This document shows positions 1-11,674 of a stretch of 64,000 nt of DNA, piece after piece. The stretch covers positions 5,087 through 69,086 of the forward strand of contig NW_021830463.1 of NCBI RefSeq assembly GCF_006345805.1, given 5' to 3'. Position numbers and translations under genes: made by a program. The notes under the pieces were generated by a model, which had not been told where the DNA came from, made no database searches, and was given only the letters and a program-made list of their open reading frames with translations. How positions within the stretch are numbered: the first letter of the stretch is position 1; each line of letters opens with the position of its first letter. This stretch comes from Octopus sinensis (Eukaryota).

Positions 1-24
1 ATGTATGTATGTATGTATATTATA

Positions 25-65
<41 letters not shown>

Positions 66-125
66 ATATATATTATATATTATATATATATGTGTGTGTG
101 TTGTGTGTGTGTGTGTGTGTATATT

Positions 126-327
126 CTGTTGTGTCTGGTGGGGAGTCATATTCTTTATTTATGTCTATTATTTAAATAACGGGCAGAGTCAAAACTATTG
201 AAAAGGTTGCAAGACGCAACGCAAATTTTAGAAAAATAAAAAATAAGATAAAAAAGTGGAAATTTTACCGGTGTGTGTGTTACATTATATGGCACAAAAA
301 GAAAATGACTCTCCCCTGACACAACAG
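126..327. repeat. Short element with 24-bp imperfect inverted ends
   Basis: ctgttgtgtctggtggggagtcat (126-149) versus atgactctcccctgacacaacag (305-327). Confidence 0.45.
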
Positions 328-429
328 ATTATGATTCAACACACGAACTCATATAGAGAATGTTGCAAACCAAATCCTAAAACGAAATCTATCTATCTAT
401 CTATCTATCTATATATATATATATATATA

Positions 430-549
430 CTTTATTTTAAGCAGCAGAAAATTCAACAAAATCTGTTACTCTGAGTTTCTCGTTGCCGTTCATCAGACAG
501 TTTTTGCTAGATATAATATATACTTTGCTAGAATATATATATATACTCC

Positions 550-552
<3 letters not shown>
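430..552 (-). mobile_element. Mini-derivative of the PLE containing the HHR (458-504) and both termini of the 9745-15686 insertion
   Basis: 430-510 matches 9745-9825. 544-552 (tactccggt) followed by (AT)n matches the right end at 15678-15686. Flanked by (TA)n. Confidence 0.7.
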
Positions 553-597
<45 letters not shown>

Positions 598-783
598 GGT
601 TTGGAGATGATGTACAGGTATTTTATATTAGAAGAAATGAGGTACTCAGAAATTCGGATGGTTTTATATTTACAGGTATTTATTTGTATATTACATGTTT
701 TTATACATCATATAACATATATCATATATCATATATTAGCACTTTCGCGCATTCTAGTGGGGTTTTCTAATTGAACTAAGTTC

Positions 784-1262
784 TTGTGGAAAAATCTGAC
801 CATTTTATAGTGTTATTAAGTGTGTAGTGGTGGGGAGGGATATAAGATAGTACAAGAGGGGGTTGAATGGGGAGAAAGTGAGAGAGAGCTTGTGTGTGTG
901 TGTGCGTTTTTGTATCTGAAATAAGTGTTAAAGAAAAAGAAGGAAACGAAGAAAAGAAAGAGAAAGAAGAAAAAATTGTTTTGCTGGTTTCTTTTGTAGT
1001 TGGTCAGGATGCTTACTCCAAGGGGGGGTCTAAGATCTTGGGGGAAAACTTGACCATTTTATAGTGTTATTGAGTGTGTAGAGGTGGGGAGGGATATAAG
1101 ATAGTACGAGAGGGTGATGAATGGGGAGAAAGTGAGAGAGAGAGAGCATGTGTGCATGTGTGTGCGTGTGCGTGTGTGTGTGTTTGTGTGTGTTTGTATC
1201 TGAAAAAGGTGTTAAAGAAAAAGAAGGAAAGGAAGAACAGGGAAAGAAGTAAGAAGAACAAA
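784..1262. repeat. Diverged direct duplication, period ~254 bp
   Basis: tgaccattttatagtgttatt..ggagggatataagatagtac..gaatggggagaaagtgagagagag occurs at 797 and 1051. Confidence 0.75.
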
Positions 1263-1626
1263 TTGTTTGTATTTCCTTTTTATCATTGTCTGGTGAGAGA
1301 GTGTGTGTTTGCGTGTTTATGTGCGCGCGTGTGTGTGCTTGTGTTTTTGTATCTGAAGGAGGTGTTAAGGAGGAATGTTCAAGTTGTTAAAAATAACCAG
1401 TCATTGGGTTTTAGCAATGGTCAAGAGAGCCGGGAGCCAAAATGCCACTTTTGTTTATATTTTTGCAACTGTAAATGATTTTTGGTTTTCAGAATGGGCG
1501 AAAGCGCTAATATATGATATATGAGAAGAAGTGGGAGAGAAAGAGTGGAGAGAAAGGGAGGTGGCTGAGAAAGAGGAGAGATAAATATATAGATATAGAT
1601 ATATATAGATATGCATGTATTTCTAT

Positions 1627-1930
1627 GACTCGCGGTCATAGGATCGCGGTTTCGATTCCCAGACCGGGCGTTGTGAGTATTTATTGAGCGAAAACACCTA
1701 AAAGCTCCAGTAGGGAATGGTGGTGATCCCTGCTGTACTCTTTCACCACAACTTTCTCTCACTCTTACTTCCTGTTTCTGTTGTACCTGTATTTCAAAGG
1801 GCCGGCCTTGTCACTCTCTGTGTCACGCTGAATATCCCCGAGAACTACGTTAAGGGTACACGTGTCTGTGGAGTTGCTCAGCCACTTACACGTTAATTTC
1901 ACGAGCAGGCTGTTCCGTTGATTCGGATCA
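1627..1930 (+). mobile_element. tRNA-derived SINE, family 3, copy A (5'- and 3'-truncated)
   Basis: tRNA-like head with B-box-like ggtttcgattccc. The body is nearly identical to 5956-6150. Confidence 0.8.
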
Positions 1931-2063
1931 TTCCCTGCCGGAGCCTCGTGGAGCTTTTAGGTGTTTTCGCTCAATAAACACTCACAACGCCCGGTCTGGG
2001 AATCGAAACCGCGATCCTATGACCGCGAGTCCGCTGCCCTAACCACTGGGCCATTGCGCCTCC
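1925..2063 (-). mobile_element. SINE family 3, copy B, 5' head only
   Basis: The minus strand reads ggaggcgcaatggcccagtggttagggcagcggactcgcgg... (A- and B-box-like). 1949-2031 is the reverse complement of 1627-1709. Confidence 0.8.
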
Positions 2064-2831
2064 ACTTCCGAGTTGTATTACGGTAGCTTTTAATGTCATC
2101 TTTTTTTAAATGAATTTTAATTCTTCATAATGCATACTGTATTTTAACATTAAATCTTATATGCTATACAGGTTATATGTCTGTGTTGCTTTTTTATTTA
2201 TTTCCCGGAGACGAACACGAACGGAACCAACCGATACAATCCGGAACAGTCCAGTATAGTATGAACGTTATTGCTGTTTTGTCAAGCGATGTAAATTAGT
2301 ACTGTATATGGTGTTTAATATTTTGGAAAGACCGACGTATCTTCGGAAATGATGTAAGTCGAAAAGACTTAACCAAAGGTATGTGTTTCTCTGTGTGTGT
2401 GTCTGTGTGCGTGTGTGTGTATGCGCACGCATATATGTAAAATTCTTGCTCGTAGAAGTATGTCTTCGAATCCTGGAACAGGCGATGCACTAGGTTCTTC
2501 ATTAATTCACACCATATTACTCGGCAATAACGACTAACCCTGTGATAGACAGGCATCTCCGGCAGGCAGAGAGAACATACACGCCTCAAAATCGGGAAAG
2601 CTATCCGAAAGATCCTAGGGCTCCTGAAAGTGCGTATATAATGTGACTATATATATGTATAATGTTAATCCAAACGTCAAAACACAAAGAGAAAAAACAC
2701 AACAACGCAAGAAACATACGAGAAGGAAAGATCCAAGGAAGGGAAGACGGTGGGAAAAAATCGCCAACGATACACAAGTGGTCACATATTGAATGTATAT
2801 GTATGTGTATATATATATATATATATATATC

Positions 2832-2869
<38 letters not shown>

Positions 2870-2917
2870 TATGCATATATATATGTATGTATGCATATAT
2901 ATATATATAAATATATT

Positions 2918-2954
<37 letters not shown>

Positions 2955-2959
2955 CTGTA

Positions 2960-2990
<31 letters not shown>

Positions 2991-3038
2991 TCACATTTTT
3001 TTGTATCCTTGTTTCTCTCCGTGTTTTCTTTCTGTGTA

Positions 3039-3076
3039 TCTTTCTGTTGAAGAGCGTAGGCTCGAAACGTAAAAGA
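3039..3076 (+). ncRNA. Minimal hammerhead-like motif with A6U core variant
   Basis: UCUUU-CUGUUGA-A-GAGC-GUAG-GCUC-GAAA-CGUA/AAAGA. Stem III is palindromic (ACGU). It lies in a ~180-bp element between (TA)n tracts. Confidence 0.6.
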
Positions 3077-3170
3077 CTTGTTTTATTTCTATTCTGAGCG
3101 CCATACTAATACAATTGTTTGTTTGTATTCTACCTGCCTTCGTCTTTTGTTTATTTTCATAAAGCTCCCG

Positions 3171-3228
<58 letters not shown>

Positions 3229-3277
3229 AAACAAGTCAAAAATAGAAAATGCTAAGATAATTTTATAGTGAATCTTT

Positions 3278-3316
3278 CAGTACCGGTTTCGGTCATTTTG
3301 GAGACCTTTTCAACTG
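3278..3316 (-). ncRNA. Minimal hammerhead ribozyme, U3:A8 core variant (left palindrome arm)
   Basis: Reverse complement of 3578-3615 with one extra nucleotide in loop II. Confidence 0.65.
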
Positions 3317-3577
3317 TAACGATTAAATAATTAAATTTAGAAAAATTAGAAGAAAAGTTTTTTTAAAGGAATATTTCTATAGTAGTGTTCAGATATGAGT
3401 GGCATTCTGCCTTTCTCTGACTCCCTTGGTTGCACTTGTGTGTTCGGGGTCGAACACACAAGTGCAAACAAGGGAGTCAGAGAAAGGCAGAATGCCACTC
3501 ATATCTGAACACTACTATAGAAATTCCTTTAAAAAAACTTTTCTTCTAATTTTTCTAATTTAATTATTTAATCGTTA

Positions 3578-3615
3578 CAGTTGAAAAGGTCTCAAAATGA
3601 CCGAAACCGGTACTG
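3578..3615 (+). ncRNA. Minimal hammerhead ribozyme, U3:A8 core variant (right palindrome arm)
   Basis: CAG-UUGAAAA-GGUC-UCAAAAU-GACC-GAAA-CCGGUA/CUG. Stem III is palindromic (ACCGGU) and stem II starts with the canonical G10.1-C11.1 pair. Confidence 0.65.
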
Positions 3616-3698
3616 AAAGATTCACTATAAAATTATCTTAGCATTTTCTATTTTTGACTTGTTTTTTCATATATATCAACTCGTGTGTTCCCTTCCAC

Positions 3699-3898
<200 letters not shown>

Positions 3899-4752
3899 CA
3901 GACATTTATATGTGCGTGTATGTATGTGTACGTGTGCGTGCCTGTGTGTGGGTGTGGGGGGCGTACCAGTGTATAGAGCGTTTTAAGTGATGTGCAGATA
4001 TTATATATCAAGAAAATGGAAGCAGTCAGAATTTTGGATATGTTGCATAGAAAATCTCTACGGTCTTTTGTACATACCGAAAAGAGGATGTTGTTTTGTA
4101 AGGTTTTGTTTAGAAAAGGAGAAAGAGAAAAAGGGAGGAGAGAAGGACACAGAGAAGGATACAGAAGAAAAGAGAGACAGAGAAGAGAAGTGAAGGAAGC
4201 TTGTATTTTGGGATTGTCTTTGTCTAACACGTGGTTGATGCTAAATGACCTTTCAAGATATCAAGTATTGTTGTTTCGGGGATGGGTGGGTGGTGGGGAG
4301 GAGAAAGGGAGCAAGAGAGAAAGACAGTAAGAAGGACAAGAGAGAAAGAGAAAGAAGAAAAGGAACATGAATGGGAAAGAGAGAGAGAGAGAGAGACAGG
4401 AAGTGGCTTCTTTTCAATTATATTGTATTGATGTGGTGAACTTGTTGAAATTTAATTACAAGTCAGTCATTGTCTTTGAATGCATCTCTTTCTCTCTCTA
4501 ACACGTCTTCTCTCTTATTATAAACATATTAACACATTTGTAAATATACACATTACGTTTTGATTATTGAAAAAGCGATTCTTAAGTAAGTAGAGTCACA
4601 ATTGTGAAATATGAATTTGCATAAAAGGCTAAACAAATAACAAATTTTTCTGTAGAGCATAACATGAAGAGTTCAATTGTACTGACAAATGCACTAATAA
4701 ATAATTATCCAAAATTCTGTTTGCCTCTTTTTACTTGATATATATATAAATA

Positions 4753-4823
<71 letters not shown>

Positions 4824-5380
4824 TGTGTTTGTGTGTGTATATATATATATATATATATAGTTGCGGCCAAAATGTTCAGAACAGCATTGTTTTCGTCAGA
4901 AAAGTAGGTTTAAGTTTTTATTAAGATTGTTTTATATTCTATAATTTTCACAGACAATAAATACGATATTAATTGGTATTGTCTGAGATTTTGGTGTAAT
5001 TTGAGAGGATAATAGAAAAGTTATGGATGATATAGTGATTTACTGCAAAACCCATCGTGGCTAAATTGATCAGAACGGTTGAAAAAATAACAAAATAATT
5101 AAAAAGTGACAGAGAATGCTGGAATTATTTCATATTTAGTGTGAAGCACTATATATATATATATATACACATACATACATACATTTTAAAGACACCACTA
5201 GAATGGACGAAAGCGCTAATATATATATGTGATATATGATGTATAAAAACATGTAACATACTAATATATATATCTGCAAATATAAACCATCCGGATTTCT
5301 GAGTAACTCACTTCTTCTAATATATGTGTGTGTGTGTATTTGCGTGTGTGTGTGTGTATTTCCGTGTGTGTGTGTGTATT

Positions 5381-5404
<24 letters not shown>

Positions 5405-5411
<7 letters not shown>

Positions 5412-5620
5412 ATTTGTGTGTCTTTTTTGTCCTCTCACCATCACTTGACAAACCGACGTTGGCGTGTTTATGTCCTCGTAACAACAGCGGTTCGGCGAAT
5501 TGAGGATGATAGAATCAGTACTAGTCTTACAAAGAATAGTTACTTTGGTCGAATAGTTCGTCTAACGGCTGTACTCCAGCATGGCCGCAGTGAAATGACT
5601 GAAGCAAATAAAAGATTAGA
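5405..5620 (+). mobile_element. SINE family 1, 3' half
   Basis: Homologous to 8460-8660. Confidence 0.7.
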
Positions 5621-5908
5621 AGAATATATAAAACATCGTTGATGACAATTCACCACCAACCTAGTAACATATATGTCTGTCTGTCCGTCTCGTTATTTCT
5701 CATTCTTTCCACTCGAATGCGTATCTCAGTCGTTACATGTGTTACAAAATATTCCAAATAAAGCATCATCAAATAACTGTATCTCGAACCTCCGCTTCTA
5801 TTATCCAATGTCTCTCTTTCTATCCATCCCTCCTCCAATATACATGTTCTTTTTGCTTGTTTATGTGCATGTAAAACGACAGACAGGTAGATAAATAGAG
5901 GGAGAGAG

Positions 5909-5946
<38 letters not shown>

Positions 5947-5955
5947 GAGAAATGA

Positions 5956-6194
5956 TGTACTCTTTCACCACAACTTTCTCTCACTCTTACTTCCTGGTTC
6001 TGTTGTACCTGTATTTCAAAGGGCCGGCCTTGTCACTCTCTGTGTCACGCTGAATATCCCCGAGAACTACGTTAAGGGTACACGTGTCTGTGGAGTGCTC
6101 AGCCACTTACACGTTAATTTCACGAGCAGGCTGTTCCGTTGATTCGGATCAACCGGAACCCTCGTCGTCGTAACCGACGGAGTGCTTCCACTCC
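5956..6194 (+). mobile_element. SINE family 3, copy B, 3' body and tail only
   Basis: Begins about where the copy B head stops. It is followed by acaactcggaagt, which also precedes the head on the minus strand. Confidence 0.78.
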
Positions 6195-8198
6195 ACAACT
6201 CGGAAGTGTACTAGTTCAGATGTTTTTCGATAGAGGGAATTCGTGGTCCAGCCGCAATCTTTTCAAATGTGTTGACCTCGACAGTGCTGTAAAATTTTGT
6301 ACAGTTATTTTTGTGATTTACATTTCAGCCCCATGGCTCCGAAGAAGAATCCTAGTGAAAAACGTAATGAAAAAGGTGAAAAGATTATAACCATTGCTTG
6401 ATCGTTTGGGATAAGCCGTACGACTATATCAACGATTGTGCACGATAGAGACATGATTATGGCACATCTGAAAGATGATGCTCCTGGGATGATAGACACT
6501 ATCATCAACAAGATAAAAGGCCGAATCTACGAAGAGATGGAGCAGCTTCTTGTCCTTCGGGTTGAAAGGCAGAATTGCCAGCAAGCAAACTGTAGTCAAG
6601 AAATAATTCAAGAGAAAGCATTGTCTTTTTTTGAAGGTTTGAGAAAGATGTAGAATTTAAAGCAAGTCAGGGATGGTTTATGAGGTTTAAGCAGCGGCAG
6701 GATTTGTCCTCTCTCAAAGAAAGAAGGTAAAAGCGAGTCGGCCGACGATGTTGCTGCAGCTGAATTTCCTGTTACATTAGCGAAGATTATTGAAAATGAT
6801 GGATTTCCACCCGAACAAATAAATGTTCGATGTTATTGGGACCGTTATCTTCTGGAAGAAACTACAAAATCGTTCTTTCATATCTAAGGAAGAGAAAAGA
6901 ATTCCTTGCTATAAAATATTAAAAGAGCTTTTGACCTTAATTCTGGGAGGCAATTGTGCAGGCGATTACAAGCTAAAACCGTTGCTTGTTCACCAGGAGC
7001 TGAACCCCCAAGTTCTTAAGAACCCTAGATATCCATGGCATCTCTTCCTGTAATATAGATGGCCAATTCAAAGGCTTGGGTCACTATCAGTACTTTTGAA
7101 GAATGGATTTTAAGTCATTTTGTTCTTGGAGTAGAAAGGTATTGTAAGGCTAAAGGAATTCCTTTTAAAATTCTGCTTGTCTGAGATAACGCCTCTAGCC
7201 ACTCGAAAAGCATAGGAGATTTCCATCCCAACGTTACAGTTATCTCCCTCCCTCCTAACACTACCTCGCTGCTTCAACCAATGTCCCAGCAGATAATTGT
7301 CATCTTTAAGCGGTATTATACAAAGCGTACATTACGCCATGCAATATCTGCAACTGACATCGACGAAAGCATCACAGTCCGTGACTTTTAGAAAGGATAA
7401 GACACCTACAAAGCCATAGTGAACATAGCAACTGCCTGGAATGAGAGGAAAAGCACGTCTATGAATAGTGTTTCAATGACTTTAAGGCATTTGAAAATGT
7501 GGAAGTGAACAAGATCTTGGGGCAGTTGAACAATGAAATGGAAATGGTGTTGGAAGAAGAGAATTTTAATGAATTACTTGAGAAAGATAAACAGTCCTTG
7601 ACAAACGAAGAGTTGATGGAACTTCATGAACAGAAGAAAATGGAAGAAGAAGAAAGACCTGATCTCGAGCCTTGTCGTTTTACGTTGAAGAAAATGCAAG
7701 AGGCTCTTACTCAATTAGATAAAGGTCTTGCTTTATTTGTGGAAAAGGATCCCAATTCACAAGGTTTTGTAAAAATATTTGGGGCTTGTCAAGATACTAT
7801 TGCACCTTATTACCTGGTCCTTGAAGAGAAGAAGAAAAAAGACAATTCAAGGAAATTTAGACAAGGTTGCACTACGATCTACACCATCACAACAGGAGTT
7901 AGCTGACGATCCCCAACCATCGACAACTAGTGTGTAATCTCCTCCTCCTCCTGCACCAGCCTCAACGAGTAAAACCGACTTCAGCCATCAGGTAGGCAAC
8001 AGTATGGTATTTGAAGTTATTTCTTTCTAATACAAAAGCAGCCTAGGCTTCCCTAACAAATTACCGAATTCGTAGGCTAACATCAAAACATCCTAAGCTA
8101 GCTTAGGGTTTATCTATAACATGTATATTCCTTTAAATAATGGTTATTTTGACTGAAGTCGTGTCGTCTGGAACCAATGTACGACGCAAGGGGAGGTA
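6195..8198 (+). mobile_element. Decayed Tigger/pogo-type (Tc1/mariner superfamily) DNA transposon; transposase remnant ~6333-7906
   Basis: CENP-B-like HTH (FKASQGWFMRFKQR) and DDE segments (LTLILGGNCAGDYKLKPLLV, LLV*DNASSH, LPPNTTSLLQPM). Multiple stops and frameshifts. The 3' end is near 8197, followed by TA. Confidence 0.88.
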
Positions 8199-8200
8199 TG

Positions 8201-8249
<49 letters not shown>

Positions 8250-8250
<1 letters not shown>

Positions 8251-8660
8251 GCACAGGAGTGGCTGTGTGGTAAGTAGCTTGCTTGCCAACCATATGGTTC
8301 CGGGTTCAGTCCCACTGCGTGGCATCTTGGGCAGGTGTCTTCTGCTATAGCCTCGGGCCGACTAATGCCTTGTGAGTGGATTTGGTAGACGGAAACTGAA
8401 AGAAGCCTGTCGTATATATGTATATATATATATGTATTTATGTGTGTGTGTATGTTTATGTGTCTGTGTTTGTCCCCCAACATTGCTTGACAACCGATGC
8501 TGGTGTGTTTGCGTCCCCGTCACTTAGCGGTTCGGCAAAAGAGACTGATAGAAAAAGTACTAGGGTTACAAAGAATAAGTCCCGGGGTCGAGTTGTTCGA
8601 CTAAAGGCGGTGCTCCAGCATGGCCGCACTCAAATGACTGAAACAAGTAAAAGAGTAAAT
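8250..8660 (+). mobile_element. tRNA-derived SINE family 1 (CORE-like 5' part, internal (TA)n(TG)n), full length
   Basis: Head ggcacaggagtggctgtgtgg..gggttcagtccc, CORE-like cttgggcaggtgtc, 3' end ggtgctccagcatggccgca..gaaacaagtaaaaga. Confidence 0.85.
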
Positions 8661-8736
8661 GAGTATATATATAAGAAATATTGAATTTCTAAATCTCTCG
8701 TAGAGACATGTACGGTGGTGGGGCGATAGAATGGTT

Positions 8737-8896
8737 GTATACTGTCAATCTAACAAGGACGTGACAGTAGAGGTTACACCACCGTTGTATAGCCCTAGGA
8801 GGCATCGAAGCTGTCAGGAGGCGTTCGATGCCTCCTAGGGCTATACAACGGTGGTGTAACCCCTACTGTCACGTTCTTGTTAGATTGACAGTATAC
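8737..8896. repeat. Foldback/MITE-like inverted repeat (73-bp arms, 14-bp spacer)
   Basis: 8737-8809 is the reverse complement of 8824-8896 with ~2 mismatches. TA lies at both ends. Confidence 0.85.
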
Positions 8897-9313
8897 AGTA
8901 TATATATAATATTTTAAAAATTATATAACGAGCTTTATGCCTGACAACGCACTGTAGAAATAGACGCCATTACCACCTTAAAATCACCGGGAAAGCCACA
9001 GTATACAGAAAAATAATGACATGGTTAACTGTGTACAAGATCCTGTTTCAAGCTTAAAGTAAAGATATTTCTTACTGCTATCTTCAGCGACAGTATTCTA
9101 TAACATAAATTTACAAGTATCTTGAAATATGCAGGCGTGTAGCGACATTTGCGAATATTTCTACAGTATGCGGTGAGGCATAATACCGATCCCTTGATAT
9201 AATTATGTGTATAATTGTAAAATATTTTGTAAAATTTACCTATGAGGTTTTTATTTCCGCACTAACAACCTGGTAAAATTATTATTGATTTCACCGTATT
9301 ATAATATTTATAA

Positions 9314-9410
<97 letters not shown>

Positions 9411-9451
9411 TTCTTTATTTATTTATTTATTTATATATATTTATGTATATT

Positions 9452-9665
9452 CTTTTACTCTTTCATTTGTTTCAGTCATTTGACTACGGCCATGCTGGAG
9501 CAACGCCTTTAGTCGAGCAAATCAACCCCAGGACTTATTCTTTTGAAGCCTAGCACTTATTATATCGGTCTCTTTTGCCGAACTGCTAAGTTACGGGTAC
9601 GTAAACACACCACCATCGGTTGTCAAGCGATGTTGAGGGGACAAACACAGACACACAAACATATA
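9452..9665 (-). mobile_element. SINE family 1, 3' half; its (TA)n abuts the PLE
   Basis: Reverse complement of the family 1 3' half. Confidence 0.8.
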
Positions 9666-9710
9666 CAGACACATACATACATACATATGTATATATATAT
9701 ATATATAAAA

Positions 9711-9744
<34 letters not shown>

Positions 9745-9772
9745 CTTTATTTTAAGCAGCAGAAAATTCAAC

Positions 9773-9819
9773 AAAATCTGTTACTCTGAGTTTCTCGTTG
9801 CCGTTCATCAGACAGTTTT
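9773..9819 (-). ncRNA. Minimal type-I hammerhead ribozyme (PLE family, 3' copy)
   Basis: Minus strand: AAAACUGU-CUGAUGA-A-CG-GCAA-CG-A-GAAA-CUCAGAGUA/ACAGAUUUU. Stem III is palindromic (ACUC-A-GAGU) and the cleavage triplet is GUA. Confidence 0.75.
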
Positions 9820-10823
9820 TGCTAGAATGGAACTTATATATTAATTCAATCTATACTCTTACAAACGCTACACCTTTAAAAAGAAATGGACTTGTTTGAT
9901 TGGCCTTTAGAAAAAACGGTCAATCTTCGAGCGATAAACAAAAAGGTCACAAATATATGTATATATATATAAAAAAACTTATAAAAATTATAAAATCCGA
10001 GGAAAAAACCGAGGAAAAAACCTATTGCCGTTAATGAAGACAGTACAAATTAATGCATAGAAATTAAACTGTTATAAATACTGCAATACATATTTATATT
10101 AAAATCTACATATATATATCAACATACACAAAAGGATGCGCGTAAACGCCATACATACATATACAGACGTATGAATATGAATCTAAATATACACATAAAA
10201 GCATGTGTACATATATTCACGCAAACCGTCTCGCACGCAAGCTAAAATTCATCTATGTAGCAATTCTCATATACCGAGCAAGGAGGGGGAACGAAAGAAA
10301 GGGAAAGAGAGAAAAAGGAACGAAGGAGGGGTGGGGAAAAAACTTGTAACGATGTTATTGGCATCTATAGAGACCAGTATACATACACAAGTTTGAACTG
10401 ATACATATACATACCGTCGTGTATATGTGTGCTTAAGCACAAGCATACTTTCACTTACACATACACAGATACGCATGCTTACAAATACATATGCTTTGCT
10501 ATACACATACTTATATAAACATTTTTATTTTGACAACATTGCTTTTTTTTAAAAAAAAACATTGCTTTTAAAAAATGGGTGCATTAATAAAAATATATAC
10601 GAAAGACATATAAAATAAAATATAACATCCTATTTTGGGTCATTTATAAATAATCAAGGTAATATAAATAATCAAGGTAATCCTATGCAATACAATAACA
10701 TGAAAACAAAGTTTGTAGGTTTTTCCTAATATATATGTAGAAACATAAGACTTTGCTATAAATCCGTCGTAGCGCTCAAGAGTCAAAATCAAAATCAAAA
10801 ATCAAAAATACAAAATATATACT

Positions 10824-11501
10824 CTATCCATATGGTATATTTATATTCGATATTTTAAATTTAGCCGCGTGCCTACATAAGTTCATTAACTCACTTCTTT
10901 GATTCAAAGAATTATTGTCTTTGAATAAGATGTGCATTTTTTCTAATAGGCAGAGTCTGCACTTGAAATTATATTTGTAAGCTCCATGTCTGTATGGTGC
11001 CGCCCTGTCCAGAATGCTCCATGTCACGTTGAAAGGTGGGGCTTCCTTTTCTTTTAGTTCCCAGACATATTTTGCTAGGCTGGTTTTCTTCCTATTCTCT
11101 GGGTATTTAAAAGAATTCTTATGAGAATAAAATCTTGTTTTAAATGAATTTTCTGAAGCCCCTGTGTATGTCTTGTATTCCGATGAGCCTTCCACTTGCA
11201 CCTTGGCTCTATAAACTACTCCTTTCACTAGACATTTCCCTTCTAACGGACGGGAGCTTTCGTTTTTGCAATTACATTTCTTAATGGGCTCGGCACCATG
11301 TCTAATCTCAATTATCTTCCTATTATGTTGGCTAATGTAAGAGGCGAAATTTCTGCAACAAGAATAGCAAACCTTCAGGGTTCTTCTATTAAATATTCTG
11401 TAGAATTTATGACCCTGCTTAAAATGCTTAGAGACTAATCTCAAAAATTCCTTACCTATATTAGTCTTTACGGCCAAATTGAAAGCCGGGTTGAACCACA
11501 A
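10824..11501 (-). CDS. PLE linker + GIY-YIG endonuclease (C-terminal part of the same polyprotein; the frame is open upstream to ~11682)
   Basis: Motifs: WFNPAF, KVCYSC, Cys-rich linker CNC..(C/R)PLEGKC, GVVY...YTG, FKTRFYSH, CRLCLLEK, LNQRSE, CRH. The upstream frame reads HLVSNVGRRISSISSDEAAF...RKVLWFNP with no stop. Confidence 0.9.
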   Translation of the reverse strand: MWFNPAFNLAVKTNIGKEFLRLVSKHFKQGHKFYRIFNRRTLKVCYSCCRNFASYISQHNRKIIEIRHGAEPIKKCNCKNESSRPLEGKCLVKGVVYRAKVQVEGSSEYKTYTGASENSFKTRFYSHKNSFKYPENRKKTSLAKYVWELKEKEAPPFNVTWSILDRAAPYRHGAYKYNFKCRLCLLEKMHILFKDNNSLNQRSELMNLCRHAAKFKISNINIPYG

Positions 11502-11674
11502 AACTTTCCTGGTCCTAGTTCTTCGTGCAGCATTATTATTAGCATTAAGCTGGTTGAACTGGATCTTCTCCGAGAATCCACTATTCTTTAATGCGCTATC
11601 GTAATAAGGTGCAGCATTATGGAATGCTGCCTCGTCCGAAGAAATTGAAGATATTCTTCTACCTACATTGCTGA

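Larger units (their letters stand above)
3225..3668. repeat. Near-perfect ~445-bp palindrome (foldback element) in (TA)n
   Basis: Arms 3225-3446 and 3451-3668 are reverse complements with few differences. The 4-nt loop gggt is at 3447-3450. Confidence 0.95.

Noticed and set aside
195-245. UUGAAAA-G-GUUGC-AAGAC-GCAAC-GCAAA, a U3:A8-like motif
   Set aside because: GAAA is disrupted and there is no convincing stem I or III.
1990-2063. tRNA-like sequence with A and B boxes; similar heads at 8250, 21711 and elsewhere
   Set aside because: These are SINE heads continuous with SINE bodies, not tRNA genes.
9060-9100. CUGAAGA...GAAA spacing on the minus strand
   Set aside because: Stems I, II and III do not pair, so this is a chance occurrence.
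10205-10506. ORFs in the PLE 3' region, repeated at 13559-13893 and 14937-15164
   Set aside because: Short, low-complexity and present on both strands. They recur only because the pseudo-LTR is duplicated.
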